From positions 41 through 64,040 of the forward strand of contig CAZLOQ010000012.1 of the NCBI GenBank assembly GCA_964561125.1: 64,000 nucleotides of DNA, given 5' to 3'. This document shows, one piece after another, positions 9,157 through 19,100 of the stretch (the stretch's first letter is position 1; each line of letters opens with the position of its first letter). The stretch is from an uncultured Chitinophaga sp. GTDB taxonomy: Bacteria; Planctomycetota; Planctomycetia; Planctomycetales; Planctomycetaceae. Both the position numbers and the translations under genes were made by a program. The notes beneath the pieces are model-generated. The model was given only the letters and a program-made list of their open reading frames with translations, was not told where the DNA came from and made no database searches.

Positions 9157-10830
9157 ATGGTGCGAATCATCCTGCTCACTGATCACGAAACAATCTTCGA
9201 CCTGACCGAATTCCCCGCAAAGCTCGGACGACACCCGTCCTGCCGCGTGTCCATCGATTCCGGGATGGTGTCCCGCTATCACGCCCAGATCGTTCAGCAG
9301 GGCAATTCCTACTATCTCGAAGATCTCGGTGGAGCCAACGGCACGTTCATTAACGGACAGCAGGTCCCCCGGGAAAGCATTTATCCCACGCCGCTTGCCA
9401 GCGGTGACCGCATCAAACTCGGCCCCATCAAGCTCCGCTTTGAAGCCTCTCAGTCCCTGCACGATTTCGCCACTGGCACTGTGATGGCCGATGACGGCCA
9501 GCTTGAACTGGTCGACGGCAACTCGTCCACCATCATGGGCAGCGCAGCAGCCGGCGGCTTTGGCGCCTTCGAGGTCAGGCCCGAAGAAAAGCTCAAAGGT
9601 ATTCTCCGCATCAACAACGCGCTCGCCGGACAGGTCGATCCCGCCCGCATCGCTCCACTCATTCTCGACACACTCTTCGAAATCTTCCCTCAGGCTGACC
9701 GCGGCTCCATCCTCACCCGAAACGCGAAGACCGACCGCTTTATACCCATCGCCCAGAAAACCCGTGATGAAGGCAACGACGAATCCGTACGTCTCAGCCG
9801 CACCATCATGACCAAAGTGCTCCAGGATAAAACCGGTATCCTCTCCGCAGACGCCGCCAACGACGAACGCTTCAGCGCCAGCGAATCGATTTCCAACCTC
9901 ACCATCCGCTCGATGATGTGCGTGCCCATGCTGGACCTGCAGCAGAATGCCTTCGGCGTTATCAACCTCGATACCCAAAACCCCGCCAAAAGCTTCCGCG
10001 AAGAAGACCTCCAGCTCCTGCTCGCCGTCGCCGCCCAGGCCTCCACTGCCTGGGAAAACATTCGGCTCGCCGAAACTGCTGCTGAAAGCAAAAAACGTGA
10101 AGACGAAATGCGGATCGCCAAGGCCGTGCAGGAAGCACTCCTCCCGGCCTCCATGCCAGAGGTGAAGGGTTACACCTTCTACGCCTCCTATGATGCCGCC
10201 CAGGCCGTCGGAGGCGACTACTTCGACTGCTTCCCCATCGGTGACGATCAGTCCCGAATCTGCTTTTCCTTCGGTGACGTCGCCGGCAAAGGCGTCCCCG
10301 GAGCACTCATCATGTCCCGCATCGCCAGCGTCGTGCAGAACACCATGAAGTTCACCACGGATGTCATGGTCGCCATCCGCCATATCAATAACCACATGTG
10401 CCACAATATGGCCTCCGGTCGCTTCGTCACCTACACCCTGGGTGTCATCGATCTCAAAACCAACCGCATGACACTCGCAAATGCCGGCCACTACCCCGTC
10501 GTTGTCCGCAAACCCGACGGAACACTGGAAGAAATCGGCAAGGATCAGATCGGCATCCCTGTCGGTATCATGGAAGACTACGACTACGATGTCATCGTCC
10601 ACGATATCAGCCCCGGAGAAATCTTCCTCCTCCGTACCGACGGTGTCGATGAAGCCATGGCCCCCGAAAGCTGCCTTTACACAACCGAACGCGTTCACGA
10701 ATTCTTCGCCAAAGCTTCCGGCTCTGCCGCCGCCATCGGTCGCGCTCTCCTTGCCGACGTTCGTAAACATGCCAACGGACGCGCGCAGAATGATGACATC
10801 GCCATCATGCTCTTCGGCCGCGATGTCTGA
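9157..10830 (+). CDS. FHA - GAF - PP2C (SpoIIE-type) serine/threonine phosphatase
   Basis: N-terminal FHA (KLGRHPSCRVSIDSGMVSRYHAQIVQQGNSYYLEDLGGANGTFINGQQV), a central GAF-like region, and a C-terminal PP2C/SpoIIE (GGDYFDCF, FGDVAGKGVPGALIMS, LRTDGVDEA, NDDIAIM). AGGAAG lies upstream of the ATG. Confidence 0.85.
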   Translation: MVRIILLTDHETIFDLTEFPAKLGRHPSCRVSIDSGMVSRYHAQIVQQGNSYYLEDLGGANGTFINGQQVPRESIYPTPLASGDRIKLGPIKLRFEASQSLHDFATGTVMADDGQLELVDGNSSTIMGSAAAGGFGAFEVRPEEKLKGILRINNALAGQVDPARIAPLILDTLFEIFPQADRGSILTRNAKTDRFIPIAQKTRDEGNDESVRLSRTIMTKVLQDKTGILSADAANDERFSASESISNLTIRSMMCVPMLDLQQNAFGVINLDTQNPAKSFREEDLQLLLAVAAQASTAWENIRLAETAAESKKREDEMRIAKAVQEALLPASMPEVKGYTFYASYDAAQAVGGDYFDCFPIGDDQSRICFSFGDVAGKGVPGALIMSRIASVVQNTMKFTTDVMVAIRHINNHMCHNMASGRFVTYTLGVIDLKTNRMTLANAGHYPVVVRKPDGTLEEIGKDQIGIPVGIMEDYDYDVIVHDISPGEIFLLRTDGVDEAMAPESCLYTTERVHEFFAKASGSAAAIGRALLADVRKHANGRAQNDDIAIMLFGRDV

Positions 10831-10965
10831 ACCCCCGCTCCCCGAAAAAGCCTCCGTTCACTTGTATTCACATCCCTGACTCTGCCATCCTTCACAATCC
10901 CGTTTTCTCCCCGGACCGCGGTCTTCACACCGCAACACCCTCCTCCCACAGGATGCCCGCCCATC

Positions 10966-12477
10966 ATGCCACACCTGCCGCGCCGCTCCTTCATCAAGTC
11001 TTCCGCCAGTGCCGCCTCACTGCTGTTTGCCGCACCCGCAATTGGCCGCGCCGGCCTCTCTGCCAACGAAAAACTCGGCGTCGCCGTTGTCGGTGTCAAT
11101 GGACGTGGCGGCGAACATATCGGCGAATTCCTCCGTGATGACCGCACCGAAATCCGCGTCATCGTCGACGTCGACGAAGCGGTCGCCAATCGCCGCTGCG
11201 ACGATATCGAAAAGAAACAGGGACTGCGGCCCAAACCCGTTGCCGACATGCGACAGGCGTTCGAGGACAGTGCTGTCGATCTTGTCAGCACCGCCACTCC
11301 CAACCACTGGCACGCTCTTACCGGCATCTGGGCCATGCAGGCCGGCAAACATGCCTATGTCGAAAAACCCGTCTGCCACAACGTTCACGAAGGCACCGCA
11401 CTCATCGCCGCCTCTCGCAAATACGGCCGCATGTGCCAGGTTGGCACCCAGTGCCGCTCCAGCAAAGCCATCATCGAAGCCGTCGAATTCATGCGCTCCG
11501 GTGGTATCGGTGAAGTCAAATTTGCCCGAGGTCTGTGCTACAAACGCCGCAAATCCATCGGTGCCCGTGGTGATTATCCCATCCCCGCCACAGTCAACTT
11601 TGACCTCTGGAGCGGGCCGGCCGCCTTCACCGACCCCAAATGCACCCGGCCCAACTTCCATTACGACTGGCACTGGCAACGCCAGTACGGCAACGGAGAC
11701 CTCGGAAACCAGGGCCCGCACCAGACTGACATCGCCCGCTGGGGACTGGGTATCGATACACACCCCTCCCGCATCCTCTCCTACGGCGGAAGACTGGGCT
11801 ACCAGGCAGAACGCAAAAACCCGGACTACGTCGATGCCGGTGACACCGCCAACACCGAAGTCTCCATCTACCACTATGGCGATCGCTGCATCGTCTTCGA
11901 AACCCGCGGTCTGTCTGTCGATGACAGCGACGACACAGAACTCAATACCCTCTTCCAGAGCAAAAGCGGCAATAAAGTCGGTGTTGTGTTCTACGGCACC
12001 GAAGGTTTCGTCGTCCAGGATTCCTACAGCCACTGCTGGGTCTACAACCGCGACATGCAGGTTGTAAAGGAATTCAAAGGGGGCGGCGAACACTTCAAGA
12101 ACTTCGTCACCGCCTGCCAGTCAGGCAAAGTCGAAGACCTCAATGCCGATGTTCGCGAAGGTCATCTCTCCGCTGCCATCAGCCACCTCGGAAATATCTC
12201 CTTCTACATGGGCGAATCCCACAGACTCGCCGCTGACGAACTCACCGCTGAACTCAACAAATTCCAGTCACTCGACGATAACGAGGCAACCCTCCGGCGA
12301 ACACTCGCTCACCTCGCCAAAAACGGCGTCGATACATCCCGTGACTTCCTCTCCCTCGGCGCACTCCTGGAATTCGATCCTGAAAAGGAAACCTTCACCA
12401 ACAACTCAGACGCCAACGCACTGCTCACCCGCGAATATCGCGCTCCCTATATCTGCCCTACAGCCGATCGCGTCTGA
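10966..12477 (+). CDS. Gfo/Idh/MocA-family oxidoreductase with Tat-type signal
   Basis: MPHLPRRSFIKSSASAASLLFAAPAIG twin-arginine leader. Rossmann start LGVAVVGVNGRGGEHI. The EKP motif (HAYVEKPVCH) is typical of the family. Confidence 0.85.
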   Translation: MPHLPRRSFIKSSASAASLLFAAPAIGRAGLSANEKLGVAVVGVNGRGGEHIGEFLRDDRTEIRVIVDVDEAVANRRCDDIEKKQGLRPKPVADMRQAFEDSAVDLVSTATPNHWHALTGIWAMQAGKHAYVEKPVCHNVHEGTALIAASRKYGRMCQVGTQCRSSKAIIEAVEFMRSGGIGEVKFARGLCYKRRKSIGARGDYPIPATVNFDLWSGPAAFTDPKCTRPNFHYDWHWQRQYGNGDLGNQGPHQTDIARWGLGIDTHPSRILSYGGRLGYQAERKNPDYVDAGDTANTEVSIYHYGDRCIVFETRGLSVDDSDDTELNTLFQSKSGNKVGVVFYGTEGFVVQDSYSHCWVYNRDMQVVKEFKGGGEHFKNFVTACQSGKVEDLNADVREGHLSAAISHLGNISFYMGESHRLAADELTAELNKFQSLDDNEATLRRTLAHLAKNGVDTSRDFLSLGALLEFDPEKETFTNNSDANALLTREYRAPYICPTADRV

Positions 12478-12493
12478 TCCCCGCGAATACGTT

Positions 12494-13081
12494 ATGACCA
12501 TTCACTCCCTCTCCCGACACTACAGCCTCGCCGGTACACCGTCGACGCGGGTCGACCGCGTCGATACCCGGATCTTCCAGCTCACCTACTACATGAACTG
12601 TATGGGCTGCAGCTTCTGCAATGACATCTGCTGCCAGTACGGCGTCGACGTCGATCTCGAAAATGTGGCAAGGCTCCAGGCGGCCCCGGAACAACTGGAA
12701 CAGTTCATCGGTCGGCCCCGTTCCCAGTGGTTTCAGGACGAAGTCGTACTCGATCCCGAATACCCCGGTGGCGGCTACCGCAGAACTCAGGTCATCGACG
12801 GCCGCTGCGTGTTTCTCAACCGCAGCGGCCGTGGCTGCCTCGTTCACTCCTGGTGCCTGCAACAGGGCCTTCCATACCAGCAACTCAAGCCCATGGTCAG
12901 CTCACTCTTCCCCGTCACCTTCGATCAGGGAATCCTGCTGCCCTCAAACGAAACCGTCGAAAGCTCCCTGATCTGCCTGGGCCCGGGAAGCACCCTCTAC
13001 CGCGGCGCCAGAGAAGATCTGCGGTGGTACTTCGGCGAACAACTTGTCCAGGAACTGGATGCCATCGAACTTGAACTCTAA
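12494..13081 (+). CDS. YkgJ-family (CxxCxxCC, PF03692-like) cysteine-cluster protein
   Basis: ATG at 12494. It carries CMGCSFCNDICCQYG and a later GRCVFLNRSGRGCLVHSWC block, matching the zinc/iron-chelating YkgJ pattern as I remember it. Confidence 0.5.
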   Translation: MTIHSLSRHYSLAGTPSTRVDRVDTRIFQLTYYMNCMGCSFCNDICCQYGVDVDLENVARLQAAPEQLEQFIGRPRSQWFQDEVVLDPEYPGGGYRRTQVIDGRCVFLNRSGRGCLVHSWCLQQGLPYQQLKPMVSSLFPVTFDQGILLPSNETVESSLICLGPGSTLYRGAREDLRWYFGEQLVQELDAIELEL

Positions 13082-13127
13082 CAGCAGCCCCGGACGCCAG
13101 GCTGATTCCCTCTCGTCACCCGGCAGC

Positions 13128-13160
13128 GCTCGATGCCAGACCTGCAGCATGGCATCGAGC
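13128..13160. terminator. Hairpin between convergent genes (possible bidirectional terminator)
   Basis: Perfect 11-bp inverted repeat gctcgatgcca (13128-13138) / tggcatcgagc (13150-13160) with an 11-nt loop. It sits between the stops at 13081 (+) and 13189 (-). No clear U-tract. Confidence 0.35.
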
Positions 13161-13188
13161 GATTGCTGAGCCTTTCCTGGGAATTCTT

Positions 13189-14007
13189 TCAGCGCACAGG
13201 CGAATAGTCCGTCGGTACCAGGAACTCAGACTTCACGCCGGCGGGCTGAGCGATCGTGAGCGATCCGCCCGCTTTCTTTTCGGATGCTTCACGAGCAGCC
13301 AGCCACACAGGGTCCGCCCGGAACGCCGCAAAACTCGCCTTCGCCGCATCCTCAGATTTGTGCGTCAGCAGATAAATCAGCGTGTTGCCGGCAACATATG
13401 AATTTTTCGCGCCCGTCTGGTCCTCAGCCAGATTCCAATAGCTCACATTCGTCATCCCGTGCTTCTCGAACAGCTTCACTGTGTGGTCGCGGAATCGAGC
13501 ATGCAGATCCGGGAGTCGCCCGGCTTCGGTGGTGTAGGTTCTGAGTTCAAACACGCCGACCTGATAGTTCTTCTGCTCCGCCAGTGCCGAATAATCCGTC
13601 GCGGTCAGAAAGGCGTTCTCGATGCGATCGATGAGTTTCCCGTCTTTCTCAGAAGCAGCCCGCGCTGCCATCCACTCCGGGTCATTGATAAACGCTTTCC
13701 ACGCGGCCGCATGAGCCGCTCTGTCGGGAAAGGCCAGAAAATAAATCAGTTTGTTTTCCGTGTTGCTGGTCGGCACGAAATATCCCAGATTGGTCATGCC
13801 GTGCTTTGCGAACAGCCTGACCGTATGATCGCGGAACCGGGCATTCAGCGCGTCCAGCTTTCCCGGGGCCGCATAGTACACACGCATCTCGAACAATCGC
13901 GTATCAGGCTTGTCTGCCGCCACAGCAGCCGTACCTGGCAGAATGGCTCCCAGCAGTGTCATCACCTGCAGAATCGCGTGGCCGGGACTTCTGGTTGCAT
14001 CGGTCAT
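13189..14007 (-). CDS. NIPSNAP-family protein (two NIPSNAP repeats), secreted
   Basis: ATG at 14007 (MTDATRSPG..., signal-like). Two internal repeats: FEMRVYYAAPGKLDALNARFRDHTVRLFAKHGMTNLGYF and FELRTYTTEAGRLPDLHARFRDHTVKLFEKHGMTNVSYW. Confidence 0.8.
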   Translation of the reverse strand: MTDATRSPGHAILQVMTLLGAILPGTAAVAADKPDTRLFEMRVYYAAPGKLDALNARFRDHTVRLFAKHGMTNLGYFVPTSNTENKLIYFLAFPDRAAHAAAWKAFINDPEWMAARAASEKDGKLIDRIENAFLTATDYSALAEQKNYQVGVFELRTYTTEAGRLPDLHARFRDHTVKLFEKHGMTNVSYWNLAEDQTGAKNSYVAGNTLIYLLTHKSEDAAKASFAAFRADPVWLAAREASEKKAGGSLTIAQPAGVKSEFLVPTDYSPVR

Positions 14008-14381
14008 GGGGATTGGTTTCCTTTTGAAAACAGGCGTGGGATGGTCTGCGCTGATCTGGCGCAACGTGTGGAGTATTCCGCGTTTGTCGCCGAATTGCCA
14101 GTGCAGGTACCGCAATCAGTATCCGGGAAAGATGAGGCGCGCCGGAGCACCATCTTCATCGCTGAAACACCTCTCCGCATGATGGTCCTCGCGCAGTCCG
14201 TTGACCTCCGGCCAGTTGCCCGGACGTCACTTAAATCCGCCGGCGGCCGCGTGTGACGTTGCCTGTTGTCAGCATCACTGTTGCCTTTGCACCCCGCAGT
14301 TGATGCCTCAGGACAACGTCTGCCTGACAACATCTCAACAAAACTGAGCATTTTGAGCGTACTTTTCGATTTATTTGTTTT

Positions 14382-14397
14382 CGGCACTGTTCATGCA
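14382..14397 (+). promoter_or_regulatory. Sigma-54-like -24/-12 element (cGGCAC-N5-aTGCA)
   Basis: CGGCACTGTTCATGCA has GG (14383-84) and GC (14395-96) with the canonical 10-nt separation. It follows the most AT-rich stretch of the window. It overlaps the first ATG of the activator ORF, so it only works if translation starts further downstream. Confidence 0.2.
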
Positions 14398-16147
14398 GAA
14401 AGGAAAAAAGCTCGCTTCCCGAAGCGATCAACGCAGCAAATCCACAACACGATCATCGCACCTCGCACAGGAACCAGCCACAGTGACCACCGACACCGCA
14501 CTTATCTGCAGTGGTTCTCCCGGTTTTCTTCGCAGCCTCGGCAGCGCTCTGACCGGTCGCGTGCGACTCATGGAATGCTACACTCCAACCGAAGTCCCCC
14601 GACTCAGTCTGGCTCAGCAGGCTCGCTATGTCGTCATTGATCAGCGCGGAGCTTCACCCCAGCAGCTCGCTCGAACCTGGGCCGTACTCGCCCAGTTCGC
14701 CTGCCCCCGCATTGTCGTCGTCGTGAATTACGGACAAATCTCCGAAACCTCCGTTCCCCGTGAACTTGTTCAACGCATCGAACTCGTCGAAGTCGACCGT
14801 AACGACGAAAACTACCACGAACTGGCCGAACGCGTACTCACCAGCCGCCCTGCAGTCACTCCCGCAGCACACCTGCAGACCACAATCGCCTCACAAAACG
14901 CAGCTGCCCCGGTACCCGCTGCCGCCGTCGCTGGCACCAGCCACGGCTCTGCCAGCCTGCACATGCCATTCTCCGGCTCTTCAACCACATCCGGACCCAC
15001 GCCACCAGTCTCACACGAATCACGCCCGCGGTTCTCAGGAACCGATATCCCAACGCCCGTCGCCATCCCCGGAAATCTCTTCGAACAACTCTCACTCAGC
15101 CATGCCGAATCCCTCGCCAGTCCCGAACGGAATCGCATCAGCCAGCCTGAGTACTGTCAGATTGCCGACCAGTTTCGCACGCGGACCCCCGAACTCCGGC
15201 AAATGCTCAAACGCCTCGAAGTCGCTGCCCGACACTCCGTCACCATCCTCCTCATCGGTGAAACCGGCTCCGGCAAAACACATCTCGCCAATCTGATCCA
15301 CTCCATGTCACCCAGAGCCTCCGAACCCTTTCTGCATGTGGCCTGCGGTGCCCTCCCCGGAGAACTCATCGAAAGTGAACTCTTCGGGCATGTCAAAGGC
15401 GCCTTCACCAGCGCCCACGCTGACAAGGATGGCAAATTCCTCGCGGCCGGACACGGCACCATCCTCCTCGACGAAATCGACGTCCTCACTCCGGATCAGC
15501 AGGTCAAACTGCTGCGTGTGATCGAACAGGGAGAATTCGAGCCCGTCGGTTCCAATCGCACACTCAAAGTCAAAGCCCGCATCATCGCAGCCAGTAACCT
15601 GCAACTGCAGCCACTCGTCGAACAGGGACGCTTCCGCCCCGACCTCTACTATCGACTCAATACTCTCAGCTTCATCATTCCGCCACTCCGCAAAAGACTC
15701 CCCGACATCGAACCACTGGCCCGCTACTTCGTGCATTACCACGCCGGACAACTCGGAGTTGATATCCTCGATGTTGAAGAAGATTTCATCGGGCATCTGC
15801 TGCAATACCCATGGCCCGGAAATGTCCGCGAACTGGAAAATGCAATCCGCAGTGCTGTGATCTACAGCCAGCAGGGCCGCATGACCTCAGACTGCCTCCC
15901 AACACACATCGTCGCCGGTAACGCAGGTCCCGCAAATGACCCCTCAGTCTCCGGTTTCTTCGCCGTACGTCGCGGCGAATCACTCGAAAACCGCATGGAA
16001 GTCACTGAAAAGGAAATGATCGAACAGGCACTGGTCAAGAACAACTTCAGTCGCACAAACACAGCCCGGCACCTCGGCATCAGCCGCGTTACCCTCTATA
16101 ACAAAATGCGAAAATACGGCATGCTCGAAAAAAACAACCCCGACTAG
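14393..16147 (+). CDS. Sigma-54-dependent transcriptional activator (bEBP, Fis-type HTH), atypical N-terminal region
   Basis: AAA+ core: Walker A ILLIGETGSGKTHLA, ESELFGHVKGAFTSA (a GAFTGA variant), ILLDEID, RIIAASN, PGNVRELENAI. C-terminal HTH NFSRTNTARHLGISRVTLYNKMRKYG. About 270 N-terminal residues lack a recognisable receiver Asp pocket. The start is uncertain (ATG 14393, GTG 14483, ATG 14570). Confidence 0.85.
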   Translation: MQKGKKLASRSDQRSKSTTRSSHLAQEPATVTTDTALICSGSPGFLRSLGSALTGRVRLMECYTPTEVPRLSLAQQARYVVIDQRGASPQQLARTWAVLAQFACPRIVVVVNYGQISETSVPRELVQRIELVEVDRNDENYHELAERVLTSRPAVTPAAHLQTTIASQNAAAPVPAAAVAGTSHGSASLHMPFSGSSTTSGPTPPVSHESRPRFSGTDIPTPVAIPGNLFEQLSLSHAESLASPERNRISQPEYCQIADQFRTRTPELRQMLKRLEVAARHSVTILLIGETGSGKTHLANLIHSMSPRASEPFLHVACGALPGELIESELFGHVKGAFTSAHADKDGKFLAAGHGTILLDEIDVLTPDQQVKLLRVIEQGEFEPVGSNRTLKVKARIIAASNLQLQPLVEQGRFRPDLYYRLNTLSFIIPPLRKRLPDIEPLARYFVHYHAGQLGVDILDVEEDFIGHLLQYPWPGNVRELENAIRSAVIYSQQGRMTSDCLPTHIVAGNAGPANDPSVSGFFAVRRGESLENRMEVTEKEMIEQALVKNNFSRTNTARHLGISRVTLYNKMRKYGMLEKNNPD

Positions 16148-16154
16148 CCAGGAC

Positions 16155-19100
16155 TCAGCGACGACCGGACTGAGGGCGAATAAACCGCACCAGAAACGCT
16201 CCGTCCGCCGAGACTAAAGTCCCGCCATCCACACCCGCCTCAGCCACCGGAACTTCCTGATCCGCCTGACCCGGACACAACCTTCGCAGCCGCAGACTCC
16301 ACAGTGTCCCCGGTCGCACTGCCTCCGCTGATAACTCCGCCAAAGGCACAGCACACTCCACACGCCAGCTGCGCTCGTCCGCTTCCGTCGCCACATACCA
16401 TTCGGGATTCCATTTGCCCAGCCTCCAGCAGGCGTCGTTCGTTCGCCCCGTTTCATCAATCGTCAGCTGAAACGCAGTCAACAGATCCCGGTCAGTGTCC
16501 ACACACAACTCCAGTCGATCCCGCTCACCATGCGGCTCGTCATACGCTCGCTCCAGCGCCGTCTGCAAAAGCTCCCGGCCCTGAGCACGTTCCAGTCGCG
16601 CCGAGACATACAAAAACTCGCTGTCCCACGCCAGCATCGCCAGACTCCGCGGTGCATCAACTCCCGTTACTCCCCGCCCCGCCGCCGGCTCCAGAGATAA
16701 CTCATCCGCAGCCTGCCAGATCTCATCACTCAACTGACCGTCAAGCAGCGGTCGCAGTGCCGACTGCTCCAGATTCACCGTTCGCAGCCAGACAGACCGC
16801 AAACCCTGCTGCTGCTGAAATTCAGATTCGGCCCACCGCCCCGGCAGGTCGCGGCGGCGAGCCAGACCCGTCAGCAGACTGGCCGCCTCGCCCGCACTCT
16901 GTGACCGCGACAGACTGATGCCCCAGCGCAGCGAAGCAGACGGGGGCACCGCCCTGATCACTCCATACTCACCCCGCGCATGACGCTGCAGCAGCTTCCA
17001 CGCTGTCTGAGCCTGGCGATTCCACGTCTCATTCACCGCCGTCAGCTGACCTGTTCGCGGTCCTCCAAACGGAGTCGCTGCACCCTGTTCCATTCGCGGA
17101 CGCAATGCACCGTCCCCCGCAGTACCCGCGTCACCGGGCGGCACATCACCAGGCGGCACATCACCAGGCGGCACATCACCAGGCGGCACATCAGCGACAC
17201 CTCGAAGCCCCGCAAATCCCGGAGCTCCCCGACCCAGACGGTAATGCCGCACTTCCGCCGAACTGTACATCAGCAGCAACTCCGCAGCCGCTCGCCACCC
17301 CGCCGCCGATCCCGGAAATCGCCGCACCAGCTCCTGCTGCACCGCCAGACAGCCCTCCACGTTGTTCCGCTCCAGACACAAAGCCGCCAGCTCTCGCAAC
17401 TGCTGCTCCGCCAGTGCTGCCGGGAGCTCTGCACCCGCTGTTTCCAGGTTCCCTACAAAGGCCTCCGCAGCCCCCTGCAGCATCTCCGTTCCGCCAAGTG
17501 CCGCAGATTCCACTCGCCCCCGACGCAGAATGGCTCGCAGCTCCTCCAGCTCCTCACGCGAACGCCGTACCACCGCACGTCTCACCGCACTCGTCAAATA
17601 CCGCTCAATTCCCGCCGTCAGCCGCTCCACCGGCTCCCCCGTCTCAGGCCAGCTGCCGTATGCCACACTGCTCACTGCTGCCGACTCAACAACCGCCTCC
17701 TGCTCTAACCCAACCGCACTCCAGACACCCGCACACGCCAGCCCGATCGATGTTCCGCTGCACTCCAGCAGGTCATCGCGGCTGTACTGCAGCGCACCCC
17801 GCTGACTCCGCGGCAGCCGCCGCACAACCCGCAGCGGTTGCCACGGTTCCAGACCCGCCGCCTCAAGCGATGTACCGCCTGGCTCCGCTGCCAGCTCCAG
17901 CGCCCGCGGAAGAGCCTCCAGCAGCAATTCACAGACAGCATCATCCCCCGCCATCGGCTCGACCACCACCACCAGCGGTCGAAACGCACACAATGACCGC
18001 GCCAGACGCAACGGCAGCAACTCTCCCAGACGACCGTCCGTCTGACGGTCCCAGCCAGTGAGCAGTGCCTGCCGTGAGATGTGCTGCAGCCGCTGCTCAC
18101 GCGCAAACATCCAGTCCTGCTCGAGCTCGTTCACCGACAGCAGCATCAATGCCTGCCGCTGACGCTGCTGCTTATCGCGGAACACACCGTCGTCAGACAG
18201 AGCACCCAATTGCCCCGAAAGCTGAAACACCGCCGCTCGCAGTCCCTGCTCCGCACTCTCCCGCGCCAGCAACTCCCAGGCACACGAATCCCCCTCCGTG
18301 ACCAGATTCAAAACGCCGCTGTGGCGCCCCGCTCCACGCACGCATTCCCACGTCGCACCATCGTCATCCGAACGCACAATCACCCCGAATGTGCGCACTC
18401 CCACAAATCCCGATTCACCCAGCGGACGCAAACGCTGCAATACACCACCCATCGGCAGACGCCGAACCTCCCAGCTCGCTCCACCATCGTCACTGCAGGC
18501 CAGCACACTTCCAGGAAAGCCACCGGCCAGCACCGTGTCGTTCCGATGAGCGACCGTGCGGAGGTCCAGCACTTCCGACAGACCACGCGGAAATTCACCC
18601 TCCGCTGTACGCCACGTCACACCACTGTCCTCGGTCTGCAGCAGAATTCCGCCGTCCCCACCCAGCCAGCCGCGGCCGTCACGGTCGACAGAGATGCCCC
18701 GGAGACTCCGCAAAGTTCTCCGCGGCTCCTCCAGCACCACCAGCTCCCCCGATACCAGCGCACCAGACTGCTGTCGCAGACCGCCCAGCACCGCTTCCTC
18801 AGCGCTGAAACATCCCATCGCCACCCACGGCGCTGCCGGCCGGTCTGTCTCCAAAGCCTGCCATGTCAAACCGCCGTCCCGCGAACGAAACACCGTCGCA
18901 CCGCCAAATTCCGCATCCGGCCCGCAGATCGCCAACGCGTCCTCAAGCCCGAAAAACTGCAGCTGCTCAATGCCAGGCAATCGCCCCACACCACCTGCAA
19001 CGCTGTTCACTGCACCAGAACCTGACCCCAAACCGATCCCGGACGACGTCAGATCCCGCCATGTCGCTCCGCCGTCGCGAGTGGCCAGCAGCACCGCGGC

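Noticed and set aside
7651-10770. 1039-aa stop-free minus-strand ORF spanning two plus-strand genes and their intergenic region
   Set aside because: It is antisense to the UxaC-like and FHA-GAF-PP2C genes, which carry clear family motifs. Its translation is G/D/V/A/E-rich low-information sequence, typical of the mirror frame of high-GC3 genes. It has no motifs.
17131-17194. Short tandem repeats (also 22926-22961, 32913-32948, 37589-37636) checked as possible CRISPR arrays
   Set aside because: The units are 6-24 bp and directly abutting with no spacers. Most lie inside CDS and encode peptide repeats. There are no cas genes.
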